44,478 nucleotides of DNA, from the IMG/VR virus record IMGVR_UViG_3300029316_000009; one strand, 5' to 3'. The notes beneath the pieces were generated by a model that worked only from the letters and a program-made list of their open reading frames with translations, was not told the DNA's origin and made no database searches. The position numbers and the translations under genes were made by a program. This document shows, in pieces, positions 25,228 through 31,858 of this stretch. Source of the stretch: a virus. How positions within the stretch are numbered: position 1 is the first letter of the stretch; every line of letters begins with the position of its first letter.

Positions 25228-25326
25228 ATGGATTACAAGAAAGAAATTATTGAAATGATACAAAAGATAGAAAACAGATGTTGGCTGAGGTCAATATACA
25301 TTTTCATAAAAACATTAATCGGTTAA
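25228..25326 (+). CDS. Small hypothetical protein (32 aa, MDYKKEIIEMIQKIENRCWLRSIYIFIKTLIG)
   Basis: GGTAGGAGG RBS 7 nt upstream, followed by the terminator at 25335-25370. Confidence 0.45.
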   Translation: MDYKKEIIEMIQKIENRCWLRSIYIFIKTLIG

Positions 25327-25334
25327 AAAGAAAA

Positions 25335-25370
25335 GCCAAGGGTTTGCGCATTGCCCTTGGCTATTTTCTT
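25335..25370. terminator. Bidirectional terminator
   Basis: GCCAAGGG (25335-25342) pairs with CCCTTGGC (25354-25361), followed by TATTTTCTT. It lies between convergent genes. Confidence 0.7.
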
Positions 25371-25734
25371 ATTTCTTTTCGTAAATTGTGTCTAAGAGTT
25401 TTTCTAAGTTATCCCATCCGGAATCATCCAGCTTTGCCAGAGCATTGATGAGACGGTATTTAAAATCATCATCACTAGACTTTAGAACATTTCCAAACAG
25501 CTTAGAAATTTCATCGTTTTTGTTCTCTGGAACGAACATACTTCCTTTTCCTGTTCTGAGCCATTCTTCACTCACTCCAAACTCTCTGCATATAGATTTG
25601 ATAACAGCATCTGTTGGATTTCTTAAACCAGTTTCATAATTAGTAATGGTATTTCCCTTTACTCCAATTATGTCTCCAAATGCTGTCTGAGTGAGCTTCT
25701 GGGATTTGCGCACTTGTTTGATTCTGTCTTTCAA
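25369..25734 (-). CDS. CI-like repressor (XRE-family HTH)
   Basis: HTH segment KLTQTAFGDIIGVKGNTITNYETGLRNP. TTG start 6 nt after GGAGGTGA, divergent from the early operon. Confidence 0.85.
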   Translation of the reverse strand: MKDRIKQVRKSQKLTQTAFGDIIGVKGNTITNYETGLRNPTDAVIKSICREFGVSEEWLRTGKGSMFVPENKNDEISKLFGNVLKSSDDDFKYRLINALAKLDDSGWDNLEKLLDTIYEKK

Positions 25735-25754
25735 TTTTCCTCACCTCCAATGAT

Positions 25755-25833
25755 AATATATCATAAAAAACTCACAAAGTCAATATTTAGTGTTGACATA
25801 TAACTCACATCGTGATATTATAAACTCACAAAG
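25755..25833. promoter_or_regulatory. Divergent lysogeny/early promoters with three direct operator repeats
   Basis: Rightward: TTGACA (25793-25798), 17 nt, TATTAT (25816-25821). Leftward: TTGACT (25778-25783 on minus), 17 nt, TATATT (25755-25760). Repeats AAACTCACAAAG (25768-25779 and 25822-25833) and TAACTCACATCG (25801-25812). Confidence 0.7.
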
Positions 25834-25850
25834 CAAGGAGGTGACAACAA

Positions 25851-26090
25851 ATGTTCCACAGAACACCGTCAAAATATGACAACATGACAAAATGGGAAAT
25901 TCTGGATTCCATAAACAGTGACCCTCATTATTCACATGGGAAAATGGCTAGACAAGCACACAGAGCGTTGCGCAAGTATGGTGACGGATTACCAATCATT
26001 TACAGATATCCGAATTTCCCTTATTTGTTATCTGCATTTGCTGGAGGGTTCTCAGCTGTGACCGTATTCATTTTGTTTTCGTCAATGTAA
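25851..26090 (+). CDS. First early-operon protein (79 aa), hypothetical
   Basis: AAGGAGGTG RBS directly after the rightward promoter. The hydrophobic C-terminal 25 aa overlap the convergent gene. Confidence 0.6.
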   Translation: MFHRTPSKYDNMTKWEILDSINSDPHYSHGKMARQAHRALRKYGDGLPIIYRYPNFPYLLSAFAGGFSAVTVFILFSSM

Positions 26091-26401
26091 ACATTGATTA
26101 CCTGTCCAGATTTGTACAGCGCAAATAAGCTAATTACGATGGCAACAATGGACAGAGCAACAGGGATATACCACCGTCTGCGGTCTCTTACATAAGAATC
26201 ATAAAAAGCTTTTCCAGCTGACTGAATGCAGACAATGGTTGGTGTGATTCTTGAATCGGTATCTTCTTTACTGTATTTAATGAACCCGCGTTTCCCAAGA
26301 TATTCTATTTCTCCTTTTTCCGAATTGGAAAAATCAGACAACGGTATATCAGCTTTATAAAGACGTTTTAACAATTTGATTTGTGAACCAGAAATTTCCA
26401 T
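26021..26401 (-). CDS. Membrane-anchored hypothetical protein (126 aa), reverse strand inside the early region
   Basis: The ATG at 26401 is preceded by AAAGGAGAG and an extended -10 (TGGTATACT). TM segment WYIPVALSIVAIVISLFALY. The upstream part of the track ORF (to 27157) is a repeat artefact. Confidence 0.6.
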   Translation of the reverse strand: MEISGSQIKLLKRLYKADIPLSDFSNSEKGEIEYLGKRGFIKYSKEDTDSRITPTIVCIQSAGKAFYDSYVRDRRRWYIPVALSIVAIVISLFALYKSGQVINVYIDENKMNTVTAENPPANADNK

Positions 26402-26450
26402 AACATCTCTCCTTTCACAGGAGAGTATACCACAAGAAAGGAGTGAGCGC

Positions 26451-26609
26451 ATGTCAGAAAAAGAAAAAAGAATCATTGAAAAGCTGAAAGATGCGATTCC
26501 TAATATGTCAGAGTTTGACAAAGGATACATTCTTGGTAAGACGGAAAGTTTTTCCGAGAATAATCTGGAGCAAGAATCAGATAAGAAAGAAGCTGTAACT
26601 TCACAGTAA
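26451..26609 (+). CDS. Small hypothetical protein (52 aa, MSEKEKRIIEKLKDAIPNMSEFDKGY...)
   Basis: GAAAGGAG RBS before the ATG at 26451. Confidence 0.6.
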   Translation: MSEKEKRIIEKLKDAIPNMSEFDKGYILGKTESFSENNLEQESDKKEAVTSQ

Positions 26610-26627
26610 TTAAAGAGGAGGAAGAAA

Positions 26628-27377
26628 ATGAAGAAATTTGAATTAACATCAGAAACCAAAATTAACATTTTCGGAAAGAAACTTTTCCGAATCAAGGCGC
26701 TCGTTTCATTTGGAGTTGTAAAAACTGGAGAAACTGGCGGATGGGTAGAAAAAGAAGAAAATGTAAACCAGTCCGGCGATGCATGGGTGTTCGGCAATGC
26801 AGAGGTGTTCGGCAATGCAAGGGTGTCCGGCGATGCAGAGGTGTTCGGCAATGCAAGGGTGTCCGGCAATGCAAGGGTGTCCGGCAATGCAGAGGTGTTC
26901 GGCAATGCAGAGGTGTTCGGCAATGCAAGGGTGTCCGGCGATGCATGGGTGTTCGGCAATGCAAGGGTGTCCGGCGATGCATGGGTGTTCGGCAATGCAG
27001 AGGTGTTCGGCAATGCAGAGGTGTTCGGCGATGCAAGGGTGTTCGGCAATGCAGAGGTGTCCGGCAATGCAAGGGTGTCCGGCGATGCAGAGGTGTTCGG
27101 CAATGCAAGGGTGTCCGGCAATGCAAGGGTGTTCGGCAATGCAGAGGTGTTCGGCAATGCAGATTACACAACTATTCGTGGATTCGGTACTCAATTCCGC
27201 ACAACTACATTCTTCAGATGCAAAGACAAACAAGTTAAAGTGTCTTGCGGCTGCTTCTATGGAACAATTCCAGAGTTCCGTGAACAGGTGAAAAATACCA
27301 GAAAAGGCAAAATCGCCGAAGAATACTTGATGATTGCCGATCTCATGGAGAAACATTTTGCAGAAGAAGCAAAATAG
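26628..27377 (+). CDS. Hexapeptide-repeat (left-handed beta-helix-type) protein with a conserved Cys-containing C-terminal domain
   Basis: AGAGGAGG RBS. 21 consecutive G-[ND]-A-x-V-[FS] units, an N-terminal FGVVKTGETGGWVEKEENV lead-in and a C-terminal VSCGCFYGTIPEFREQV domain. Confidence 0.85.
   Translation: MKKFELTSETKINIFGKKLFRIKALVSFGVVKTGETGGWVEKEENVNQSGDAWVFGNAEVFGNARVSGDAEVFGNARVSGNARVSGNAEVFGNAEVFGNARVSGDAWVFGNARVSGDAWVFGNAEVFGNAEVFGDARVFGNAEVSGNARVSGDAEVFGNARVSGNARVFGNAEVFGNADYTTIRGFGTQFRTTTFFRCKDKQVKVSCGCFYGTIPEFREQVKNTRKGKIAEEYLMIADLMEKHFAEEAK
26775..27170. repeat. 18-bp tandem repeat, 21 full units plus one partial
   Basis: The units follow GGC-[A/G]AT-GCA-[GAG/AGG/TGG]-GTG-T[T/C]C, read directly from the sequence. 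All six frames are open across the array. Confidence 0.95.
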
Positions 27378-27416
27378 AAGAAGCATCATAATCTATCGTA
27401 GAAAGGAGAGATTCTT

Positions 27417-27578
27417 ATGGCAGTAATTAAAACAATAAAAAATGAATCTGGCGGGATAATCAGAATACATGATGATTACTGCAAGGATAATACACCGGAA
27501 GACAATAAAAAAATCGTCGATGAATGTTCGAGAATTATCTTGGACTATTACAGAAGAAAAGAAGCAAATTTGGCATAA
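27417..27578 (+). CDS. Small hypothetical protein (53 aa)
   Basis: GAAAGGAGAG RBS. Sequence MAVIKTIKNESGGIIRIHDDYCKDNTPEDNKKIVDECSRIILDYYRRKEANLA. Confidence 0.55.
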   Translation: MAVIKTIKNESGGIIRIHDDYCKDNTPEDNKKIVDECSRIILDYYRRKEANLA

Positions 27579-27703
27579 GCGCCCCGGAGGGAGTCGGCAC
27601 CTCCACCCCGGAGCAGTAAGCCACTAAACCTAACTTAGTGGATACAGGTAAATTATAATCCTCTATCCGCTAAAAAGTCAATATTAAGCGAGAGGAAAAT
27701 AAC

Positions 27704-27889
27704 ATGGAAAATAAAAAAAATGCAACAAACAACGAAAAGATTACATGGAACGATTTGGAAACAATGCTAGCTACCGAAATCGTGAAAAAAGCAAAGAGAG
27801 AGACTAAGAAGTGGTTCAGTGCATGGCTTTTGACTGCCGCGCTGTTAATCATTACTAATATCTTTTGGTATATTGCTTACAGTCTGTAA
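27704..27889 (+). CDS. Small membrane protein (61 aa)
   Basis: GAGAGGA RBS and a C-terminal TM segment WFSAWLLTAALLIITNIFWYIAY. Confidence 0.6.
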   Translation: MENKKNATNNEKITWNDLETMLATEIVKKAKRETKKWFSAWLLTAALLIITNIFWYIAYSL

Positions 27890-27916
27890 TCTTTTTTTCT
27901 TTTTGGAGGGGAAAGA

Positions 27917-28072
27917 ATGAAATCACCTAGACAGAACAGAAAGGATATTGTAGTCAGTGTGATTATCGGGATCCTGTTTACTTTTCTTCCGGTGTGGATG
28001 TGGGAGAAGAGCTTGCAGCAGGTCCTGGCAGGCATTGTATTTGCGCTGTTTACGTATTTAGCACTGCTTTAA
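27917..28072 (+). CDS. Small two-TM membrane protein (51 aa)
   Basis: GGAGGGG RBS. Sequence MKSPRQNRKDIVVSVIIGILFTFLPVWMWEKSLQQVLAGIVFALFTYLALL. Confidence 0.5.
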   Translation: MKSPRQNRKDIVVSVIIGILFTFLPVWMWEKSLQQVLAGIVFALFTYLALL

Positions 28073-28087
28073 GAAAGGAGAACGAAA

Positions 28088-28429
28088 ATGTTTGAAAAAG
28101 AAATCAAAGAGCTTTTTGAATTAGCATGGAGAGTTTCAAACGAAACAGATTATTTTGTTTCGTTTTACATCACTTCGCACGTGCATCTTTGCGATATCGA
28201 CATTATGAATTCAAAGTGGGATCCGAACAGGAAAAAGGATGGAAATTACACAATCTACTTTGATAGTAAACTGCTTAAGAAGGAATCAGCTGAGCAGTGC
28301 AAACTTGCAAAAGCACATCTTCTTAGACTCTTAATAGATGGGAGGTGTCCGCTAAATGTTGAATCAGATGGAGTTGAAGCTCCTGCCGACAATGGAACTG
28401 ATAACAACGGTGAACGAGCTTCTGGGTGA
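28088..28429 (+). CDS. Hypothetical protein
   Basis: AAAGGAG RBS. The 3' end overlaps the next ORF by 74 nt, so the true end and any relationship between the two are uncertain. Confidence 0.55.
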   Translation: MFEKEIKELFELAWRVSNETDYFVSFYITSHVHLCDIDIMNSKWDPNRKKDGNYTIYFDSKLLKKESAEQCKLAKAHLLRLLIDGRCPLNVESDGVEAPADNGTDNNGERASG

Positions 28430-28592
28430 GCTGGACAGGCGGGAAGCGTACATTCTTGATTGGGAGAACCCGGACATGTATCTGAACCACCTCGAATATC
28501 ACTGTGCCGGCGGAGCATTTTCGAATGGTGAAAAAAATCCGGTGAGAGGGGATGGATCCGACAATGTGTATTGCTTTTTTGAGGCGGTGTAA
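28356..28592 (+). CDS. Hypothetical protein
   Basis: GGGAGGTG RBS before the ATG at 28356. Confidence 0.55.
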   Translation: MLNQMELKLLPTMELITTVNELLGELDRREAYILDWENPDMYLNHLEYHCAGGAFSNGEKNPVRGDGSDNVYCFFEAV

Positions 28593-28594
28593 AC

Positions 28595-28768
28595 ATGGAA
28601 GAACGCATTAATGAGATTGTTAGATTGATTGACACCCAGCTTGCTATTGTGCCAGATAATCCGATAGAGGAATCATACAAGGCAAGGACATTGGCAAGCT
28701 ACGTACAAGCCTTAAATGGGCTTTTAACGGCTCAAAAATCATATAAGGAGGAAAGTATCAATGAGTGA
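28595..28768 (+). CDS. Small hypothetical protein (57 aa)
   Basis: It fills the gap between flanking genes, has a helical sequence, and its stop overlaps the next start. The RBS is weak. Confidence 0.4.
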   Translation: MEERINEIVRLIDTQLAIVPDNPIEESYKARTLASYVQALNGLLTAQKSYKEESINE

Positions 28769-28961
28769 TTTTGAAATCCGTATTCCGGCGAGAAAGAAAC
28801 AGCCTGCAACTGATAAGGATAATCCGGTCGTGAAAGTATCAACAGACGCATACAACGCACTGGTTGAGATTTATAACGAATCAACTTTATCTATGAAAGA
28901 TATCGCAAGTTTGCTGATCGTTGAGGGCAGCAAGTATGTAGTGTATGACAAGGAGGAATAG
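28761..28961 (+). CDS. Small hypothetical protein upstream of the recombination module
   Basis: AAGGAGG RBS, 66 aa. Confidence 0.6.
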   Translation: MSDFEIRIPARKKQPATDKDNPVVKVSTDAYNALVEIYNESTLSMKDIASLLIVEGSKYVVYDKEE

Positions 28962-28963
28962 CA

Positions 28964-29620
28964 ATGGCAACACCAGTATTGATTATTGGAAAATCTGGAT
29001 CCGGCAAAAGTACTAGTCTTAGAAACTGTCAGAATTCCGATTGGAACCTTATCAGAGTATTAAATAAGCCGCTTCCGTTCAAAGGAAAGATTGACGGATG
29101 GTTTACAGATGATTACCAGCAGGTAATGAAATGCCTGATTGCATCAAAAGCGGATTCTATTGTGATTGATGATGCTGGATATCTTATCACCAACCACTTT
29201 ATGAGAGGACACGCTTCTGCCGGAAAAGGCAATGCAGTATTTTCACTTTACAATGACATTGGTGATTATTTCTGGAATCTTATCCAGTTTATAGTTACGA
29301 AAGTACCGCAGGACAAAATTGTATATATGATGATGCATGAAGAAAAGGATGATTCTGGAGATGTGAAGCCGAAAACCATCGGAAAACTACTTGACGAAAA
29401 GATTTGTTTGGAAGGTCTTTTTACCATCGTTCTTCGCTGTATTGAAGAAAGCGGAAAACACTTATTTGTCACTCAGTCCAGCCAGGGAGCAGTAAGTAAG
29501 TCTCCGATCGGAATGTTTGACAGTTTAACTATTGATAATGATCTCGCAGAAGTAGACAAGATCATTAGAGACTATTACGAATTAGGAAAAGGAGAAAACA
29601 ATAATGCAGAAACCAAATAG
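28964..29620 (+). CDS. Sak4-like RecA-fold ATPase (AAA_24-type recombination protein)
   Basis: Walker A GKSGSGKST near the N-terminus, Walker B IVIDDAG, a size of about 218 aa, and an SSB-like gene immediately downstream. Confidence 0.75.
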   Translation: MATPVLIIGKSGSGKSTSLRNCQNSDWNLIRVLNKPLPFKGKIDGWFTDDYQQVMKCLIASKADSIVIDDAGYLITNHFMRGHASAGKGNAVFSLYNDIGDYFWNLIQFIVTKVPQDKIVYMMMHEEKDDSGDVKPKTIGKLLDEKICLEGLFTIVLRCIEESGKHLFVTQSSQGAVSKSPIGMFDSLTIDNDLAEVDKIIRDYYELGKGENNNAETK

Positions 29621-30230
29621 CTATGACACAACACAGGCAGCAGGAGAATTTGAACCAATTAAACTCGGCGGTCACAAGATGGTAATTAAGCAGGTGTCCG
29701 AGCGTCAGTCGAAACCAGACAATGAGGGAAAAACTAAAAATATGCTCGTTATTCTGTTTGATTTTGCCGACGGTGACGAACAGGCTGGATATTTTATGAA
29801 ACAGTTCGAGAATGATATCCGTCCAGACAAGAAATATCCAAATGCCGGTACTAACTATATGGTTATTGATGAGAGTGTAGATTATGGTGTTCGTAATCTC
29901 AAAACATTCATTACATGCGTAGAAAAGTCAAATCCGGGATTTGCTGTTAAGTGGGGCGATAACTTCGGGCAGCAGTTCAAAGGTAAGCTGATCGGCGGCA
30001 TCTTCCGTCTGGAGAAAGACTGGTACGAAAACAAAGAGGTAAAACGTCACAAGTTAGCATGGTTCCGCAGTATTGAAGGAATTAAGGATGCGGACATCCC
30101 AGAAGAGCGCACCACAAAAGCCTATGACGATCATCTGAAGGAAGAAGCTATCATGGGAGCGAATCCGGCAGGTACTGACTTTATGAATATTCCAGATAGC
30201 GTAGCAGATGATGTCCTTCCGTTCAATTAA
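29604..30230 (+). CDS. DUF669-type single-stranded DNA-binding protein
   Basis: Canonical partner position after Sak4. The acidic C-terminal tail ends in DDVLPFN, as in SSB protein-interaction tails. Confidence 0.65.
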   Translation: MQKPNSYDTTQAAGEFEPIKLGGHKMVIKQVSERQSKPDNEGKTKNMLVILFDFADGDEQAGYFMKQFENDIRPDKKYPNAGTNYMVIDESVDYGVRNLKTFITCVEKSNPGFAVKWGDNFGQQFKGKLIGGIFRLEKDWYENKEVKRHKLAWFRSIEGIKDADIPEERTTKAYDDHLKEEAIMGANPAGTDFMNIPDSVADDVLPFN

Positions 30231-30245
30231 TATAGAGGTGAGTTA

Positions 30246-30866
30246 ATGGGATATACACATGGAATACCATGGAACGACGATCTTATCAAAGAAAATATCA
30301 TGATAGTTGTTGAGAAATTGAATTTAGATCATTTTCCAACTCATTCCGAAATGATAGAAGTTTTTGGAAACAAAAGCCTTGCTTGCAAGATTGCAAAGCA
30401 TAAAGGGACTGTATATTGGGCTGAAAAACTTGGACTGCCTCTTAAATATTCTGATACAACTTTTGGAAACAAATATGAAATAAAAGCAATTTCAGATATT
30501 TACGAGAATGTCGGATTGAATAGTGTTCAAACAAGCTCAAGGCATCCTTATGATTTGCTTACTGATAACAGTGTAAAAATAGACGTAAAAGTATCTAAGG
30601 AATTTACAAACAATTGTAATTCAAAGGCATTTACATTCAACCTCGAAAAGAAAAATCCGACTTGCGACATCTTCCTTTTATATTGTTTGAATGATGATGA
30701 AACATATCGGAAGGTATTAATAATTCCTTCCTGTTCAACCATCGGAAAAACGCAAATAGGAGTAGGAGAGAATAGTAAGTGGAATCGTTACGAAAATCGT
30801 TGGGAGATTATAAAACAGTATAGTGAATTCTTTGGAAAATACAAATACAAGAAGGATGTGATCTGA
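30246..30866 (+). CDS. PD-(D/E)xK nuclease-fold protein with an N-terminal homing-endonuclease-associated repeat (putative free-standing homing endonuclease)
   Basis: N-terminal W..DLIKENI....L..FPTHSEM...G...L...I.KHKGTVYWAEKLGL pattern, then PYDLL...VKIDVKVSK (D...D/E-x-K). The gene looks AT-rich. Confidence 0.5.
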   Translation: MGYTHGIPWNDDLIKENIMIVVEKLNLDHFPTHSEMIEVFGNKSLACKIAKHKGTVYWAEKLGLPLKYSDTTFGNKYEIKAISDIYENVGLNSVQTSSRHPYDLLTDNSVKIDVKVSKEFTNNCNSKAFTFNLEKKNPTCDIFLLYCLNDDETYRKVLIIPSCSTIGKTQIGVGENSKWNRYENRWEIIKQYSEFFGKYKYKKDVI

Positions 30867-31364
30867 TTGGTCATACAATGTGATACACGTGAACATAAAA
30901 ACGAATGGGAACGGATTCAGAATCAGTTTGACAGCCTTGAAGTACAATATTTCCGATCAAAGTTATACTGCGGAGACTATCAATCTTTGGACAATGCAAA
31001 GCTCTGTATTGACCGCAAAAAGGATTTGCAGGAGTTATGCGGAAATGTATGCCAGCAGCATGAAAGATTCAAAGCGGAGCTGATTAGAGCGCGTGAAGCA
31101 GGTATACAGTTAATCATCCTATGCGAGCATGGTCCAGATATTAAATCTGTTGGTGATGTGTATTTTTGGGAGAATCCCCGAAAACATAAAGTTATCTGGA
31201 GAACTGTAAACGGCAAGAGAGTAAAGACTGTGATATCTGACAAGGCTGTTGACGGCTGCCAGCTATATAAATCTCTTTGCACGATCAGAGATAAATACGG
31301 CGTCCGATTTGAATTCTGTACAAAAGAAGAAACTGGGCGACGAATCGTGGAGCTGCTATCATGA
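30867..31364 (+). CDS. ERCC4 (XPF/Mus81-type) nuclease domain protein, probable structure-specific resolvase
   Basis: Ordered motifs CDTRE, GDY, IDRK..DL. TTG start directly after the upstream stop. Confidence 0.7.
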   Translation: MVIQCDTREHKNEWERIQNQFDSLEVQYFRSKLYCGDYQSLDNAKLCIDRKKDLQELCGNVCQQHERFKAELIRAREAGIQLIILCEHGPDIKSVGDVYFWENPRKHKVIWRTVNGKRVKTVISDKAVDGCQLYKSLCTIRDKYGVRFEFCTKEETGRRIVELLS

Positions 31365-31858
31365 CAAAAGAAGAAATCAAACAGTCGGTGAAAATGTCGG
31401 AGATACTTTCCAGGTATGGACTAAAACCGAACAGAGCAGGATTTATATGTTGCCCTTTTCACAAGGAAAAGTCAGCGTCATGCAAGATTTACGATGATTC
31501 CTTTTATTGTTTCGGTTGTGGAATCGGCGGTGATGTGTTTGATTTCGTGATGCAATATGAATCTGTTCCTTTTAGCACTGCATTCATTGAGCTAGGCGGT
31601 ACTTATGTATCAAAAAAAGGTAAAAGCCGCAACCAGATTAGACATGAAGTGCGAGATATCAAATCAAAAAAATGTAATCCCACTCAGGATCCTAATGAGC
31701 TTGAGCAGGTAGAAAAGAACATACTTATGTACGAAACAGCGCTAAAAACCTTCCCTCCTGGTTCAGAAGAGTGGTATATGTGCCAGTTCAACCTTGAAAA
31801 AGAAAGAAGCAGATATGAAATATTGTCAGCTAAGGCAGGAGGTGAGAAGCATTCTTGA
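31361..31858 (+). CDS. CHC2 (DnaG-type) zinc-finger protein
   Basis: CPFHKEKSASCKIY...YCFGCGIGGDVFDFV is the primase zinc-binding motif. No TOPRIM motif is visible in its 165 aa. Confidence 0.75.
   Translation: MTKEEIKQSVKMSEILSRYGLKPNRAGFICCPFHKEKSASCKIYDDSFYCFGCGIGGDVFDFVMQYESVPFSTAFIELGGTYVSKKGKSRNQIRHEVRDIKSKKCNPTQDPNELEQVEKNILMYETALKTFPPGSEEWYMCQFNLEKERSRYEILSAKAGGEKHS

Noticed and set aside
26407-26425. Inverted repeat CTCTCCT-N5-AGGAGAG considered as an SD-sequestering hairpin in the 26021-26401 mRNA.
   Set aside because: The 5' arm overlaps the -10 element, so it probably lies upstream of the transcription start and would not be in the mRNA. It is kept only as a possible DNA operator.
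26775-27170. Tandem array, and the iteron cluster at 33776-34075, considered as possible CRISPR arrays.
   Set aside because: The units are contiguous with no unique spacers (18-bp array), or are short 7-8 bp motifs with irregular spacing. No cas genes are present. One is coding repeats, the other an origin.
26692-27389. Several long ORFs in other frames and on the minus strand across the 18-bp repeat array (26021-27157 upstream part, 26692-27171, 26706-27389, 26741-27238, 26779-27291).
   Set aside because: They are a by-product of a stop-free 18-bp unit being open in all six frames. Only 26628-27377 has an RBS, a non-repetitive N-terminus and a C-terminal domain. On the minus strand only 26021-26401 is supported.
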